A stretch of DNA of 64,000 nucleotides from an uncultured Acidobacteriota bacterium (GCA_963702425.1 CAVPCQ010000015.1:64001-128000); one strand, 5' to 3'; positions 22,664-32,692 are shown, counted from the stretch's first letter. Translations and numbers: made by a program. Notes: a model not told the origin generated them from the sequence alone.

Positions 22664-23899
22664 ATGGAAAGCGCAAGGTCCCGAACCGAACAGACCAGCG
22701 GGAACGAACGCGAGCTCGCGGACGCGAAGGGCAGCGTCAGGCTGGGCCAGTACCTCCACAGCCTGCGCACCGGGTACGGCTACTCGCTGCGCAAGGTCGA
22801 GGAGAAGGCTCGCGTCCACGGCGGCGAGATCGACAACTCGCAGCTCAGCCGCTACGAAAAGGGGATCTGCTACCCCTCCTTCGACAAGCTGCGGACGCTG
22901 GCGCGGATCTTCAACGTCTCGATCCAGACCTTCTCCGACGTCGTGGATCTCGAGGAGCTGGAGAAGAACCAGCCCGCGATCAGCGATCCCGACGAGCTGG
23001 TGAAGGGAGGCCATGAGGAGTTCCGCCTTGGCGACTACGGGCGCGCGTACGCGATGTTCCAGCGCGCCCGTCACCTGCTCGAGGAACGCGAGGACGCCGC
23101 GGCGGTCTCACCCGAGGGCGCGTGTCAGATCGCCAAGATCCGGCTGGCGACCGCCATCACGCTCTACCGGCTGGGCAAGATCAGCCTGTCCGAGTACGAG
23201 ATCCGGCAGCTGCTGCGCCTCGGGCGGAACATCGATCCCGGCACCGTGGTGCGCGCACTGCTGCAGCTCTCCAACGTGCACGCCACGTTCGGCGACTTCC
23301 TGCTGGCGGAGATGGAGGCCTCGCGCGCACTGGCGGTCGCGAGCGACCTGCCGGAGCCGATCCTGGCCGCCTACGCGCATCACGCGCTGGGGCGCATCCA
23401 CCAGGAGCGCGAGGAGAACGATCAGGCGCTGGCCCACTACCACGATGCGCTGGCGCGCTACCGCGACGCGGGCGACGTGCACGAAGCGCTCAAGGTGAAA
23501 CTGAATCTCGGCCCGATCTACGCGTCCCGCGGCCAGTTCCGCGAGGGGATTCGCCTGTTGCGCGAGGCGCGGGAGGAGGCGCGGCGGCTCGGTCACCGCT
23601 GGACGGTGGCTTCGGCCGGCGCCTGGCTCGCGGAGATCCACTTCCGCCGGGGCGACTACGTCGCCGCGCGGCAGTTCATCCGCGAGTCGAACGCGATCGC
23701 CGGCAGCGGCGACGTGCAGTACCTGGACATCCTGTTCCTGAACGCCTTCTACGGCTGGAAGATCGCGCTGGCCGAGGACAACCTGGCCGAAGCCAGGATC
23801 GCCCTGGGGCGACTGAAGTACATGCGGCCGAACCTCGAACAGAACCTCCCTGAGGTGCGGGAGTTCGACCGATTCATCGAGAGAGGGGGTGCACGATGA
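22664..23899 (+). CDS. XRE/Cro-HTH + TPR transcriptional regulator (RRNPP-like architecture)
   Basis: N-terminal LGQYLHSLRTGYGYSLRKV...SQLSRYEKG...FDKLRTLARIF, then tandem TPR-like helices (AYAHHALGRIH, NLGPIY). GGAGA RBS. Confidence 0.8.
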   Translation: MESARSRTEQTSGNERELADAKGSVRLGQYLHSLRTGYGYSLRKVEEKARVHGGEIDNSQLSRYEKGICYPSFDKLRTLARIFNVSIQTFSDVVDLEELEKNQPAISDPDELVKGGHEEFRLGDYGRAYAMFQRARHLLEEREDAAAVSPEGACQIAKIRLATAITLYRLGKISLSEYEIRQLLRLGRNIDPGTVVRALLQLSNVHATFGDFLLAEMEASRALAVASDLPEPILAAYAHHALGRIHQEREENDQALAHYHDALARYRDAGDVHEALKVKLNLGPIYASRGQFREGIRLLREAREEARRLGHRWTVASAGAWLAEIHFRRGDYVAARQFIRESNAIAGSGDVQYLDILFLNAFYGWKIALAEDNLAEARIALGRLKYMRPNLEQNLPEVREFDRFIERGGAR

Positions 23900-24534
23900 A
23901 GCGCTTCTCGATCTTCGCGCTGCTCGTCGGCGTCATGCTGTGCGCCGGTTCTGCGATCGCGGGCTCACCGCCCGTGGCGCGTCCGGCTGGCCTCACGCCC
24001 GACTATCGCGCCGAAGGGGATGGACCGGTCACCATGGCGGTCGATCCCGCGGGACGCATGTGGGCGGTGTGGGCCTACGCTCAAGGGGGGGAGTTCGATG
24101 TCGCCGTGTCCGTTTCCGACGGGCGCGTGTGGACCTTCCCGAAGCTGCTCGGGGTCGCGAACGGCCGCAACGATGTCGACCCCCGGATCGCGTTCCTCCC
24201 GAACGGCACGCCGGTCGTGGTCTGGTGGCAGGAGGCGAGCGCCACCGCCGGCCCGAGCGTGCTGCAGAGTGTCGGTCGTGCCGGAGGCTTCGGACCGCCG
24301 ACGACCGTGCGGCAGGGTGCCCGCCAGCCCCAGATCCTGGCGACCAGCCCCGGCAGTGTGACGCTGGGGCTGCTGAGCGAGTCGGGCGACGTCGGGACCC
24401 AGCAGTCGCCGACGACGCCGATCCCGGTCGGTCCGGACTGGCGCGACAAGCCCACACCCGACGGCGGGACCAACGGCCCCGACCCGATGCCGACGCTGGT
24501 GATCAAGCCGTCCGAATCGCCCCACCCGCGCTGA
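23896..24534 (+). CDS. Secreted hypothetical protein with about 3 sialidase/BNR-like beta-blades and a Pro-rich C-terminal tail
   Basis: Sec signal MKRFSIFALLVGVMLCAGSAIA. Repeats 'MAVDPAGRMWAVW' / 'IAFLPNGTPVVVW'. ATGA overlap with the regulator. Confidence 0.65.
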   Translation: MKRFSIFALLVGVMLCAGSAIAGSPPVARPAGLTPDYRAEGDGPVTMAVDPAGRMWAVWAYAQGGEFDVAVSVSDGRVWTFPKLLGVANGRNDVDPRIAFLPNGTPVVVWWQEASATAGPSVLQSVGRAGGFGPPTTVRQGARQPQILATSPGSVTLGLLSESGDVGTQQSPTTPIPVGPDWRDKPTPDGGTNGPDPMPTLVIKPSESPHPR

Positions 24535-24550
24535 TTCGGGCCTCGAATCC

Positions 24551-24587
24551 GAAGAGCCCCGGCCCCTGCGCCGGGGCTCTTCTTTTT
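24551..24587 (+). terminator. Rho-independent terminator
   Basis: 13-bp stem gaagagccccggc / gccggggctcttc followed by TTTTT. Confidence 0.85.
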
Positions 24588-24770
24588 GCCTGAAGGCAGA
24601 CGTCCGTCTGCCGATTTCCCACCCGCCGGGCACTCAAGCCAGACATTTATCGGCTGCGGTGGGAAGGACCGGGCCGCCCCGCACCGGGAAGCCTCCGCCG
24701 GTCGCCGCCCGGGCCGCCCGGAGGCTGGCGCAAGTCGCTGCCGAAAAGGGAAAAACAGCCGCGACGAGGC

Positions 24771-24799
24771 TTGACACGGTTCGTTGATCTCCCTACCAT
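24771..24799 (+). promoter_or_regulatory. Sigma70 promoter of the dcw cluster
   Basis: TTGACA-17 nt-TACCAT. Confidence 0.8.
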
Positions 24800-24804
24800 C
24801 CGCG

Positions 24805-24840
24805 GTGGGAAGAAGTGGGACGTAGTGGGATGACGGGGGA
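24805..24840 (+). promoter_or_regulatory. MraZ-binding direct repeats
   Basis: GTGGGA x3 plus GGGGGA at 10-bp period, directly downstream of the promoter and upstream of mraZ. Confidence 0.8.
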
Positions 24841-24953
24841 GAGGGAACGGGCGCTCGGCGGACGGTCCTGACTCTCGGACAGCCTACAGCAGACAACGCG
24901 AGCCGGAAGGCCCGCCCAGTGCCTTTCGGGCCCCGGGTTTCGCTGGAGTTTCG

Positions 24954-25394
24954 ATGTTGCGCGGCCACGCCACCGCGAAAATCGACGACAAGGGCCGGGT
25001 CAAGATCCCGTCCGAGTTCCTCGAGCTCTTTCTGTCGCTGTGCAGCGAGGAGCGGCGCGTCTTCGTCACCTCCCGCGACGGCGAGATGGTGCTCGTTTAC
25101 CCGCTCCCGGTCTGGGAAGCCCACGAGCGCAAGCTGGCGGAACTGCCGTCGACCGATCCCGCCGTCGAGTCCTACCTGCGCACCGTCAACTTCTGGGGCC
25201 GCGAGGCCGCAATCGACGCCGCGGGGCGGGTGCTGGTTCACCCGCTCCTGCGCGAACGGGCCGCCATCGCCGGCGAGCTCTCCGTGTTCGGCAAGCAGAA
25301 CGTGCTCGAGATCTGCGCGTACGAGCACTTCCGGGTGCGGCCGCCGACGGTCTCCAGAGACGACCTGTCGCGACTGTCGCAGTACGGCGTGTGA
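24954..25394 (+). CDS. mraZ: Transcriptional repressor MraZ
   Basis: IDDKGRVKIP and IDAAGRVLV SpoVT/AbrB repeats. First gene of the dcw cluster. Confidence 0.92.
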   Translation: MLRGHATAKIDDKGRVKIPSEFLELFLSLCSEERRVFVTSRDGEMVLVYPLPVWEAHERKLAELPSTDPAVESYLRTVNFWGREAAIDAAGRVLVHPLLRERAAIAGELSVFGKQNVLEICAYEHFRVRPPTVSRDDLSRLSQYGV

Positions 25395-26362
25395 TGGCAC
25401 CCCGTGGGGAAGCGATCGCCGTGGCCTCCTCCCTTCCGCTGCACCGTCCCGTCCTGACGGCCGAGGCGCTCTCCGCCCTCGACCCGAGACCGGGCAGGCT
25501 GCTGCTCGACGGTACCGTCGGAACCGGCGGTCACGCAGCAGCCTGGCTGGACGCAAGCGCTCCCGACGGCCGCCTGATCGCGCTCGACCGCGACGCCTCG
25601 GCGCTCGCGGCGGCCGCTGTGCGGCTCGCAGCGTTCGGCGATCGTGCACGCCTCGCGCACGGCGACTACCGCGACGCCTGTGAACTCCTCGACGGGCTCG
25701 GTATCGACGCGATCGACGCGGCGCTGATCGACCTCGGCCTCGGCACGCACCAGATCGACGATCCGGAGCGGGGGTTCGCGTTCCGTTTCGACAGCCCGCT
25801 CGACATGCGGTTCGACCGCGACACGCCCGGCCCCACCGCGGCCGACCTGGTCAATCACCTTCCCGAGCCGGAACTGGCGCGGGTGCTGTTCGAGTACGGC
25901 GAGGAGCGCGCGTCGCGCCGGCTGGCGCGCGTGATCGCCGAGGCGCGGCGGCGGCAGCCGATCCGCACCACCTCCGAACTGGCGCGGCTCGTGCGATCGG
26001 CCGTTCGCGGCCACGGGCGGCACCGTATCGATCCGGCGACCCGCACCTTCCAGGCCCTGCGGATCGCCGTCAACCGCGAGCTCGAGGGCCTGGCCGAGGC
26101 GATCGAAGCCCTGGTCCGGCGGCTCGCCCCGGGCGGACGGCTGGCAGTGATCTCCTACCACAGCCTCGAGGACCGGGTCGTCAAGCACACGCTGCGGCGG
26201 CTCGCCGAGCCGTGCCACTGCCGGCGCGGTGACCCGTGCCGCTGCGGCGCGCTGACGCTGATCGAGCTCGAAGAACGGCACGCGGTGACCCCGTCCGAGC
26301 CCGAAATCGCCCTCAACCCCCGGGCGCGCTCGGCCAAGCTGCGCTGGGGGATCCGCCGATGA
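25394..26362 (+). CDS. rsmH: 16S rRNA m4C1402 methyltransferase RsmH
   Basis: HRPVL, DGTVGTGGH, PLDMRFD, FQALRIAVNREL, ISYHSLEDR, NPRARSAKLR. Confidence 0.95.
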   Translation: MAPRGEAIAVASSLPLHRPVLTAEALSALDPRPGRLLLDGTVGTGGHAAAWLDASAPDGRLIALDRDASALAAAAVRLAAFGDRARLAHGDYRDACELLDGLGIDAIDAALIDLGLGTHQIDDPERGFAFRFDSPLDMRFDRDTPGPTAADLVNHLPEPELARVLFEYGEERASRRLARVIAEARRRQPIRTTSELARLVRSAVRGHGRHRIDPATRTFQALRIAVNRELEGLAEAIEALVRRLAPGGRLAVISYHSLEDRVVKHTLRRLAEPCHCRRGDPCRCGALTLIELEERHAVTPSEPEIALNPRARSAKLRWGIRR

Positions 26363-26751
26363 GCCTGCCGCGCGGCGTGCTGAACCGTCCCGCCGTGGTC
26401 GAGAGCCACCCCAAGATCGTGGTCGACCTGCTCGGCTGGATGGCGCGGGCTTTCGTGCTCGTGATGCCGCTGCTGGTGCTGGTCGCGTCCTGGGTCCCCG
26501 GCACCGCACTGCGCTACGAGTGCACCCAGTTGCTCGACGAGATCAACCGGACCGAGCTCGAACGCCGCAGCCTTTACGCCGAGCGGGCGAAGCTCCTCGA
26601 GCCCGAGCGGCTGCGGCTCGAGGCCGAGCGCCTGGGGCTGTCGGCCCCGCTGCCCGGAGACGGACCGTGGCCCGTCGCGAGCGCGGCGTCGATCCCGCGC
26701 CCCGCTCCGGTTCCGCCGGCGGCGGGCGCCGGGTCCGAGGACCGGCCGTGA
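26359..26751 (+). CDS. ftsL: Cell division protein FtsL-like
   Basis: Single TM plus coiled coil ending L..PERL..EA..LGL..P, located between rsmH and ftsI. Confidence 0.7.
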   Translation: MSLPRGVLNRPAVVESHPKIVVDLLGWMARAFVLVMPLLVLVASWVPGTALRYECTQLLDEINRTELERRSLYAERAKLLEPERLRLEAERLGLSAPLPGDGPWPVASAASIPRPAPVPPAAGAGSEDRP

Positions 26752-28748
26752 GTTCGCCCTCCCTGCTCCCCGTGGCCCGCCGGCGCGTCGTGCTGGCAGC
26801 GCTGCTCCTGGCGGGATTGCCGCTCGTGGCGCGCCTGCTGGAGCTGCAGGTTCTCCGGCACGAGCTGCTGTCCGCGCGCGCCAAGGCGCAGCTCGAGGAC
26901 ATCGTCGAGATCCCGGGGCCGCGTGGAAACATCTACGACCGGAACGAACAGCTGGTGGCGACGAGCGTCCCGGTCGAGGTGCTCGCCGTCGAGCCGCGCA
27001 AGGTCAACCCGAAAGTCCTCGGAGCGATCGAGACCGCTGCGGGTGCGGAACGCGGGCGGCTCACGCGGCGCGCGGATGCCCGCTGGGTCATCGTCCGGCG
27101 CGACTGCGACGCCGCGGCCCGCACCGCGGTGGAGCGGCTGATCGACAAGAAGGTCGTCCCGAAAGATGCGATCTGGTGGCAGCCGGGCTATGAGCGCTCC
27201 TACCCGCTCGGCCCCCGCGCGGCCCACGTGCTGGGCTACATCTCGCTCGACGGCGAGCGCTCGGAGGGGGTCGAGCGCTTCTACGGCCGGATGCTGCGCA
27301 CGGCCGGGACCCGCGTGTCGCTCGCGATGGACGCTCATCGCAACCGGCTCGAGCTCGTCGCGGCCGATGACGGGCCCGACGAGAGCGCGTCGCTGATGCT
27401 GACCATCGACGCGCGGATCCAGGCGGAACTCGAGGGGGCACTGGCCGAGGCAGTCGAGACCAACGGCGCGAAGGCGGCCCAGGGCATCGTGCTCGACCCG
27501 CGGACGGGCGAGGTGCTGGCGCTCGCGGTCGCTCCGGCCTACGACCCGAACGCCTACGGCGAGGTGCCGCTCGACCGGCACCGCAACCCGCTGATCGAGT
27601 TCCCCTTCGAACCCGGCTCGGTCATGAAGCCGTTCACGGCCGCGGCCCTGGTGGAGTCGGGCGAGGTGCGCGGGACCGAGTCGGTCTACTGCGAGCAGGG
27701 GCGCTGGAAGATCAGCAAGAGCCGCACGCTGAGCGACGTCGCAAAGCATGGAACCCTCACGCTGCCCGAGGTGATCCAGGTCTCGAGCAACATCGGGATC
27801 GTCAAGTTCTCGCGCCGCCTCGACTCCCAGGACATGTACCGCACGCTGGCCGGCCTGGGGTTCGGGCAGCGCAGCGGCATCGACCTGCCGATCGAATCGG
27901 CGGGGGTGCTGCATGCCCCATCGACCTGGAGCCCGTCGGACAAGGACTCGATCGCGTTCGGCCACTCGATCTCGGTCACGCCGCTGCAACTCGCCGTTGC
28001 GGTCGGCACGATCGCGAACGGCGGCGTGCGCGTCCGGCCGCGGGTGGCGCGCGCGTTCGGCGCACCCGGGAGCTGGCAGCCGTACCTCGGCACCGCGCCG
28101 GAGACCGTCATGTCGCACGAGTCCGCGGCGACGATCACGCTCTGGATGCGGCGGGTGATCGAGGAGCAGCGGGCCACCGGGCACCGCGCCGCGATCCCCG
28201 GCTACACCATCGCCGGGAAAACCGGAACCGCCGAGAAGCTGACGAAAGGCCGCTTCGACAAAGGGAAGAACATCGCCTCGTTCGTCGGCTTCGCGCCGGC
28301 GACCGCGCCGGTGGCGGTGGTCGTGATCAGTCTCGACGAGCCGCATCTCGCGGGCCGGACCGGGGGCGTCGTCGCCGCGCCGGTCTTCGCGCGCGTCATG
28401 GGAGAGACGCTGCGCCTGCTGCGGGTGCCGCCCGACCGACCGGACGACCCGGCACTCCTGCAGGTCAAGGAACAACAGGCTGTCGAGGCCGAGGAACTGA
28501 TCGCCGAGAGCGCGCCGACCGCCGAAGTCGTGGACCTCGGAGACCGTGCGGCGGCAGTTGCCGGGATCGCGGCCGTCGTGCCGGCCGCGACGCCCGAGCC
28601 TGCCTCCGTCACGGTGAGGGCCCCCGCAAAGGCTGCGCCGAGGCCCGCCGCCGCGAAGACGCCCGCGAAGGCTGCGCCGAAGCCCGCTGCCGCGAAGACG
28701 CCTGCCCCGGACAAGTCCTCTGCCGGGCCGCGAACGGGCCGGCCATGA
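26748..28748 (+). CDS. ftsI: Class B PBP FtsI (PBP3)
   Basis: RGNIYDRN, SVMK, SSN, KTGT motifs. Ala/Lys/Pro C-terminal tail. Confidence 0.9.
   Translation: MSSPSLLPVARRRVVLAALLLAGLPLVARLLELQVLRHELLSARAKAQLEDIVEIPGPRGNIYDRNEQLVATSVPVEVLAVEPRKVNPKVLGAIETAAGAERGRLTRRADARWVIVRRDCDAAARTAVERLIDKKVVPKDAIWWQPGYERSYPLGPRAAHVLGYISLDGERSEGVERFYGRMLRTAGTRVSLAMDAHRNRLELVAADDGPDESASLMLTIDARIQAELEGALAEAVETNGAKAAQGIVLDPRTGEVLALAVAPAYDPNAYGEVPLDRHRNPLIEFPFEPGSVMKPFTAAALVESGEVRGTESVYCEQGRWKISKSRTLSDVAKHGTLTLPEVIQVSSNIGIVKFSRRLDSQDMYRTLAGLGFGQRSGIDLPIESAGVLHAPSTWSPSDKDSIAFGHSISVTPLQLAVAVGTIANGGVRVRPRVARAFGAPGSWQPYLGTAPETVMSHESAATITLWMRRVIEEQRATGHRAAIPGYTIAGKTGTAEKLTKGRFDKGKNIASFVGFAPATAPVAVVVISLDEPHLAGRTGGVVAAPVFARVMGETLRLLRVPPDRPDDPALLQVKEQQAVEAEELIAESAPTAEVVDLGDRAAAVAGIAAVVPAATPEPASVTVRAPAKAAPRPAAAKTPAKAAPKPAAAKTPAPDKSSAGPRTGRP
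28623..28700 (+). repeat. 39-bp tandem duplication encoding PAKAAP(R/K)PAAAKT x2
   Basis: Units at 28623-28661 and 28662-28700, read directly. Confidence 0.8.
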
Positions 28749-30220
28749 CGGTCGCCGAGTTGGTAAGCGGCCTGCCCGGCGTCGCGGTCTCGGGGCCGGG
28801 CGACGGCATCGTCCTTGCTCTCGCGATCGACTCGCGTACGGCCGGACCAGGGACCCTCTTCGCTGCGCTCTCGGGAGCACGCACCGACGGCGCCCGGTTC
28901 GCGGAAGCCGCGGTCGCACACGGCGCGGTCGCGGTGCTGGGTCACGGGCCGCGGCCCGCCGCGCTGCCGCAGCGGGCCGCGTGGATCACGGCGGACGCGC
29001 CGCGGAAGACACTCGCTGCGCTCGCGAAGCGCTTCTTCGGCGCCCCCGACGAGCGGCTCGCGGTGGTCGGCGTGACCGGCACGAACGGCAAGACGTCGAC
29101 GACGCACTTTCTTGCCGGCGCGCTGGAGCGCGCCGGCATCCCGACCGCAGTCGGCGGGACGCTCGGCCAGCGCTTCGGCGCGTCACGCGGCGGACCGACG
29201 CTGACGACGCCGGAGGCACCGCAGCTCTTCGGCTTCCTGGACGAAGCCCAGCGCGCGGGGGCGCGCGCGGCCGCGCTGGAAGTCTCGAGCGCCGCCCTCG
29301 TCGCCGACCGGGTCGCGGGGTTGCGCTTCGCGGCCGCGGTCCTGACGAACATCGGGCACGACCATCTCGACCTGCACGGGACGCACGAGGCCTACCGCGC
29401 CGCCAAGCGCCGCCTGTTCGAGGCGCTCGATGCCTCCGCGGCGGCGGTCCTCCCGGGAGACGACGTCTACCTCTCCGAGTTCGCGGAAGCCTCGCGCACC
29501 ACGCGCCGCGTCACCTTCGGGGAGGCCGCGGGATCCGACTGGCGGGTCTCGGAACACCGAGCCTCGGCAGAGGGCGCGCGGTTCCGGCTCGACGGCCCCG
29601 GCTTTTCGGGCGAGGTCGTGACCCCCCGCAGCGGGGCCTGGGATGCGCGCAACGTCGCCGCCGCGGTGGCCGCCGCGGTCGCGCTGGGGGCCGACCCGGC
29701 GACGGCGGTCGCCGGCGCCGCGGCGGTGTCGGACGTGCCGGGCCGTTTCGAGCGGATCGACGCCGGGCAGCCGTTCGCCGCAATCGTCGACTTCGCACAC
29801 ACGCCCGAGGCGCTCGACCGCGTGTTGACGCTGCTGCGCCGCGTGACGCCAGGCCGCGTGATCGCGGTCTTCGGCTGCGGGGGCGAGCGCGACGCCGCCA
29901 AGCGCCCGGAGATGGGCCGGATCGCCGGCCGGATCGCCGACGTCGTGCTGGTCACCGACGACAACCCGCGCGGCGAGGACCCCGAGGCGATCGCGGCCGC
30001 AATCCTGGCGGGGCTGGCCGGGACGCCGGCCGACGCGCGCCGCGTCGCGGGACGGCGCGCGGCGATCGAGGAGGCGGTCGCGTTGGCCCGGCCGGAGGAC
30101 GCCGTCCTCGTCGCCGGCAAGGGACACGAGACCTGTCAGGAGACCGGCGGCGTGCTGACCCCCTTCGACGACCGCGAGGTGCTGCGCGCCGCGATCGCCG
30201 CGACGGGGGCGCGCCGGTGA
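28745..30220 (+). CDS. murE: MurE (meso-DAP-adding ligase)
   Basis: TGTNGKTS, DHLDLH, DFAHTP, DNPR (DAP specificity), GKGHE. Confidence 0.95.
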   Translation: MTVAELVSGLPGVAVSGPGDGIVLALAIDSRTAGPGTLFAALSGARTDGARFAEAAVAHGAVAVLGHGPRPAALPQRAAWITADAPRKTLAALAKRFFGAPDERLAVVGVTGTNGKTSTTHFLAGALERAGIPTAVGGTLGQRFGASRGGPTLTTPEAPQLFGFLDEAQRAGARAAALEVSSAALVADRVAGLRFAAAVLTNIGHDHLDLHGTHEAYRAAKRRLFEALDASAAAVLPGDDVYLSEFAEASRTTRRVTFGEAAGSDWRVSEHRASAEGARFRLDGPGFSGEVVTPRSGAWDARNVAAAVAAAVALGADPATAVAGAAAVSDVPGRFERIDAGQPFAAIVDFAHTPEALDRVLTLLRRVTPGRVIAVFGCGGERDAAKRPEMGRIAGRIADVVLVTDDNPRGEDPEAIAAAILAGLAGTPADARRVAGRRAAIEEAVALARPEDAVLVAGKGHETCQETGGVLTPFDDREVLRAAIAATGARR

Positions 30221-31605
30221 CCGCGCGGACGGCCGCGGAAATCGCCGCCGCAGTGGACGGAGCCGTCCTCTCCGGCAGCCCCGACACGACGGCGCGCGGC
30301 GTGTCGATCGACTCGCGCAGCATCGCCCCGGGCGACGCCTTCTTCGCAATCGTGGGCGAGCGCCACGATGGCCACGCCTTCGCCGCCGCCGCCGCAGCAG
30401 CAGGGGCGACCGTGGTCGTGGCCGCGCGCGAAGTCACCGCGCCGGGCGTCGCGGTCGTGCGCGTCGACGACACGACGGCGGCGCTGGGCCGGCTGGGCGC
30501 CGACGAACGCTCCCGGCGCGCGATGGCGGTCATCGCGATCACCGGTTCGGCCGGCAAGACGACGACGCGCGCGCTGACCGTGGGCGCGCTCGCGGCCCGC
30601 TACCGGGTCGCCGGGTCGAGCGGCAATCTGAACAACCAGTGGGGCCTCCCGCTCTCGCTGCTCCGGCTTCCGGAGGCGGCGGACGCGGCCGTGCTCGAGA
30701 TCGGGATCAATCATCCGGGTGAGCTGGCGCCGCTGGCGCGGATCGCGCGGCCCGACGTCGGCGTGGTGACCAACGTCGGGACCGCACACATCGGTTTCTT
30801 CGCGGACCAGCGCGAGCTGGCCCATGAGAAGGCGCAGATCGTGTTCGAGACGGCGCCCGGGGGCTCGGGCGTGGTGCACCGCAGCTCGCCGTTCCTCTAC
30901 GAGATCGCGCAGCGCAGCGGGCGGCCGCTCGTGACGTTCGATCTGGGCGGCGACGCCGACCTGCGGCCGACGGGCGTCGCGGGCAACCTGGTCGACGGGG
31001 CGCGCTTCACGGTGGATGGGGTGCCGGTGCAGCTCGCGCTCTGGGGCGAGCACGCGGTGCTGAATGCGCTTGCCGCGCTCGGCGCGGCGCGCGCACTGGG
31101 CGTGCCGCTGGCCGAGGCGGCGCCGGGCCTGGCCGCGGTCGCCCCCCAGCCCGGCCGGGGCCGCGTGCGCCGCCTCGCGCACGGCGTGGTGCTGGTCGAC
31201 GACACCTACAACTCGAACCCCTCGGCCGCCCGGGCGATGCTCGCCGCGCTCGCCGCCTCGCCATGGGACGGCCGCCGCGTCGCGGTGCTGGGCGACATGT
31301 ACGAGCTGGGCGACCGCTCCCCCGCTTTCCATCGCGAAATCGGCGACGCGGCGGCGCGCTCCGGGGTCGATCTGCTCGTAACCGTCGGCCAGTGGGCGCG
31401 CGACACGGCCGCCGGGGCGCGCGCGGCGGGCCTCGCCGGCGCGCTCGCCTTCGCGGACGTCGCCGCCGCTGCCGCCGCACTGGCCGGAATGCTGCAGCCC
31501 GGGGACCTGGTGCTGGCCAAGGCCTCGCGGGGGGTCGCGCTGGAGCGCGCGCTCCCCGCGCTGTTCGAGCAGTTCCCGGAACTGGTGCCGGAGGGGGCCC
31601 GCTGA
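30217..31605 (+). CDS. murF: MurF
   Basis: TGSAGKTT, GNLNNQWGLP, DDTYNSNP, LGDMYELG, KASRG. Confidence 0.95.
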   Translation: MTARTAAEIAAAVDGAVLSGSPDTTARGVSIDSRSIAPGDAFFAIVGERHDGHAFAAAAAAAGATVVVAAREVTAPGVAVVRVDDTTAALGRLGADERSRRAMAVIAITGSAGKTTTRALTVGALAARYRVAGSSGNLNNQWGLPLSLLRLPEAADAAVLEIGINHPGELAPLARIARPDVGVVTNVGTAHIGFFADQRELAHEKAQIVFETAPGGSGVVHRSSPFLYEIAQRSGRPLVTFDLGGDADLRPTGVAGNLVDGARFTVDGVPVQLALWGEHAVLNALAALGAARALGVPLAEAAPGLAAVAPQPGRGRVRRLAHGVVLVDDTYNSNPSAARAMLAALAASPWDGRRVAVLGDMYELGDRSPAFHREIGDAAARSGVDLLVTVGQWARDTAAGARAAGLAGALAFADVAAAAAALAGMLQPGDLVLAKASRGVALERALPALFEQFPELVPEGAR

Positions 31606-32681
31606 TGCTCTTCCACCTCCTCTTCCCGCTGCACGAGGTCTTCTCGCCGTTCAATGTTTTCCGCTACATCACCTTCCGCTCGGCCGTGGCGGGCGTAACG
31701 GCGATCCTGCTGTCCTTCCTGGTCGGCCCGGCGATGATCCGCTGGCTGCGCACCCGGCAATACGGCCAACAGGTGCGCGACGACGGGCCGCAGACGCACC
31801 TCGCCAAGCAGGGCACCCCGACGATGGGGGGCCTCCTGATCGTCACCGCGATCGTCGTTCCGACGCTGCTCTGGTCGGACCTGTCGAGCGGCCACGTCTG
31901 GGTCGCGGTGGCCGCGACGCTGGGCTTCGGGATGATCGGCCTGTGGGACGATGCCCTGAAGCTGCGCGCCAGGAACAGCAAGGGTCTCTCGGCCCGGGGA
32001 AAGCTCGCCGCCCAGGCCCTGCTCGCGTCGGCGATCGGCGCCACGCTCTGGTGGACCGGGTTCTCGACCGTGCTGACGGTCCCCTTCTACAAGGCGGGCG
32101 GACCCGAGCTGGGCTGGCTGTTCATCCCCTTCACGGTGCTGGTCCTGGTCGGCTCTTCCAACGCAGTGAACCTGACCGACGGGCTGGACGGCCTGGCGAT
32201 CGGCCTGACCGGGATCGTGATCGGCACCTTCGCGATCCTGGCCTACGCGGCCGGCAACATCGTCATTGCGCGCTACCTCGGCACCCCGGCGGTCGCCGGC
32301 GCCGGCGAGCTGTCGGTCTTCGCCCTGGCGGGCGTCGGCGCGGCGCTCGGCTTCCTCTGGTTCAACGCCCACCCGGCCGAGGTCTTCATGGGCGACGTCG
32401 GCTCGATGGGGCTCGGCGGCGCGATCGGCACGCTGGCGGTGATCACGAAGCAGGAGCTGCTGCTGGTCCTGGCGGGCGGGATCTTCGTCGCCGAGGCGGC
32501 GTCGGTGATCCTGCAGGTCGGCTCGTACCGCTACCGGGGCGGGAAGCGGGTCTTCCGCATGGCTCCCCTGCACCACCACTTCGAGCTGGGCGGTTGGCAC
32601 GAGACGAAGGTCGTCATCCGATTCTGGATCCTCGGCATCCTGCTGGCGCTCTCGACGCTGGCGACGCTGAAGCTCCGCTAA
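31605..32681 (+). CDS. mraY: MraY
   Basis: GTPTMGG, NAVNLTDGLDGL, FMGDVGS, MAPLHHHFE. Confidence 0.97.
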   Translation: MLFHLLFPLHEVFSPFNVFRYITFRSAVAGVTAILLSFLVGPAMIRWLRTRQYGQQVRDDGPQTHLAKQGTPTMGGLLIVTAIVVPTLLWSDLSSGHVWVAVAATLGFGMIGLWDDALKLRARNSKGLSARGKLAAQALLASAIGATLWWTGFSTVLTVPFYKAGGPELGWLFIPFTVLVLVGSSNAVNLTDGLDGLAIGLTGIVIGTFAILAYAAGNIVIARYLGTPAVAGAGELSVFALAGVGAALGFLWFNAHPAEVFMGDVGSMGLGGAIGTLAVITKQELLLVLAGGIFVAEAASVILQVGSYRYRGGKRVFRMAPLHHHFELGGWHETKVVIRFWILGILLALSTLATLKLR

Positions 32682-32692
32682 GGACGGGCGCG

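Noticed and set aside
24805-24840. Novel iteron-like repeat
   Set aside because: It is fully explained as MraZ operator repeats upstream of mraZ.
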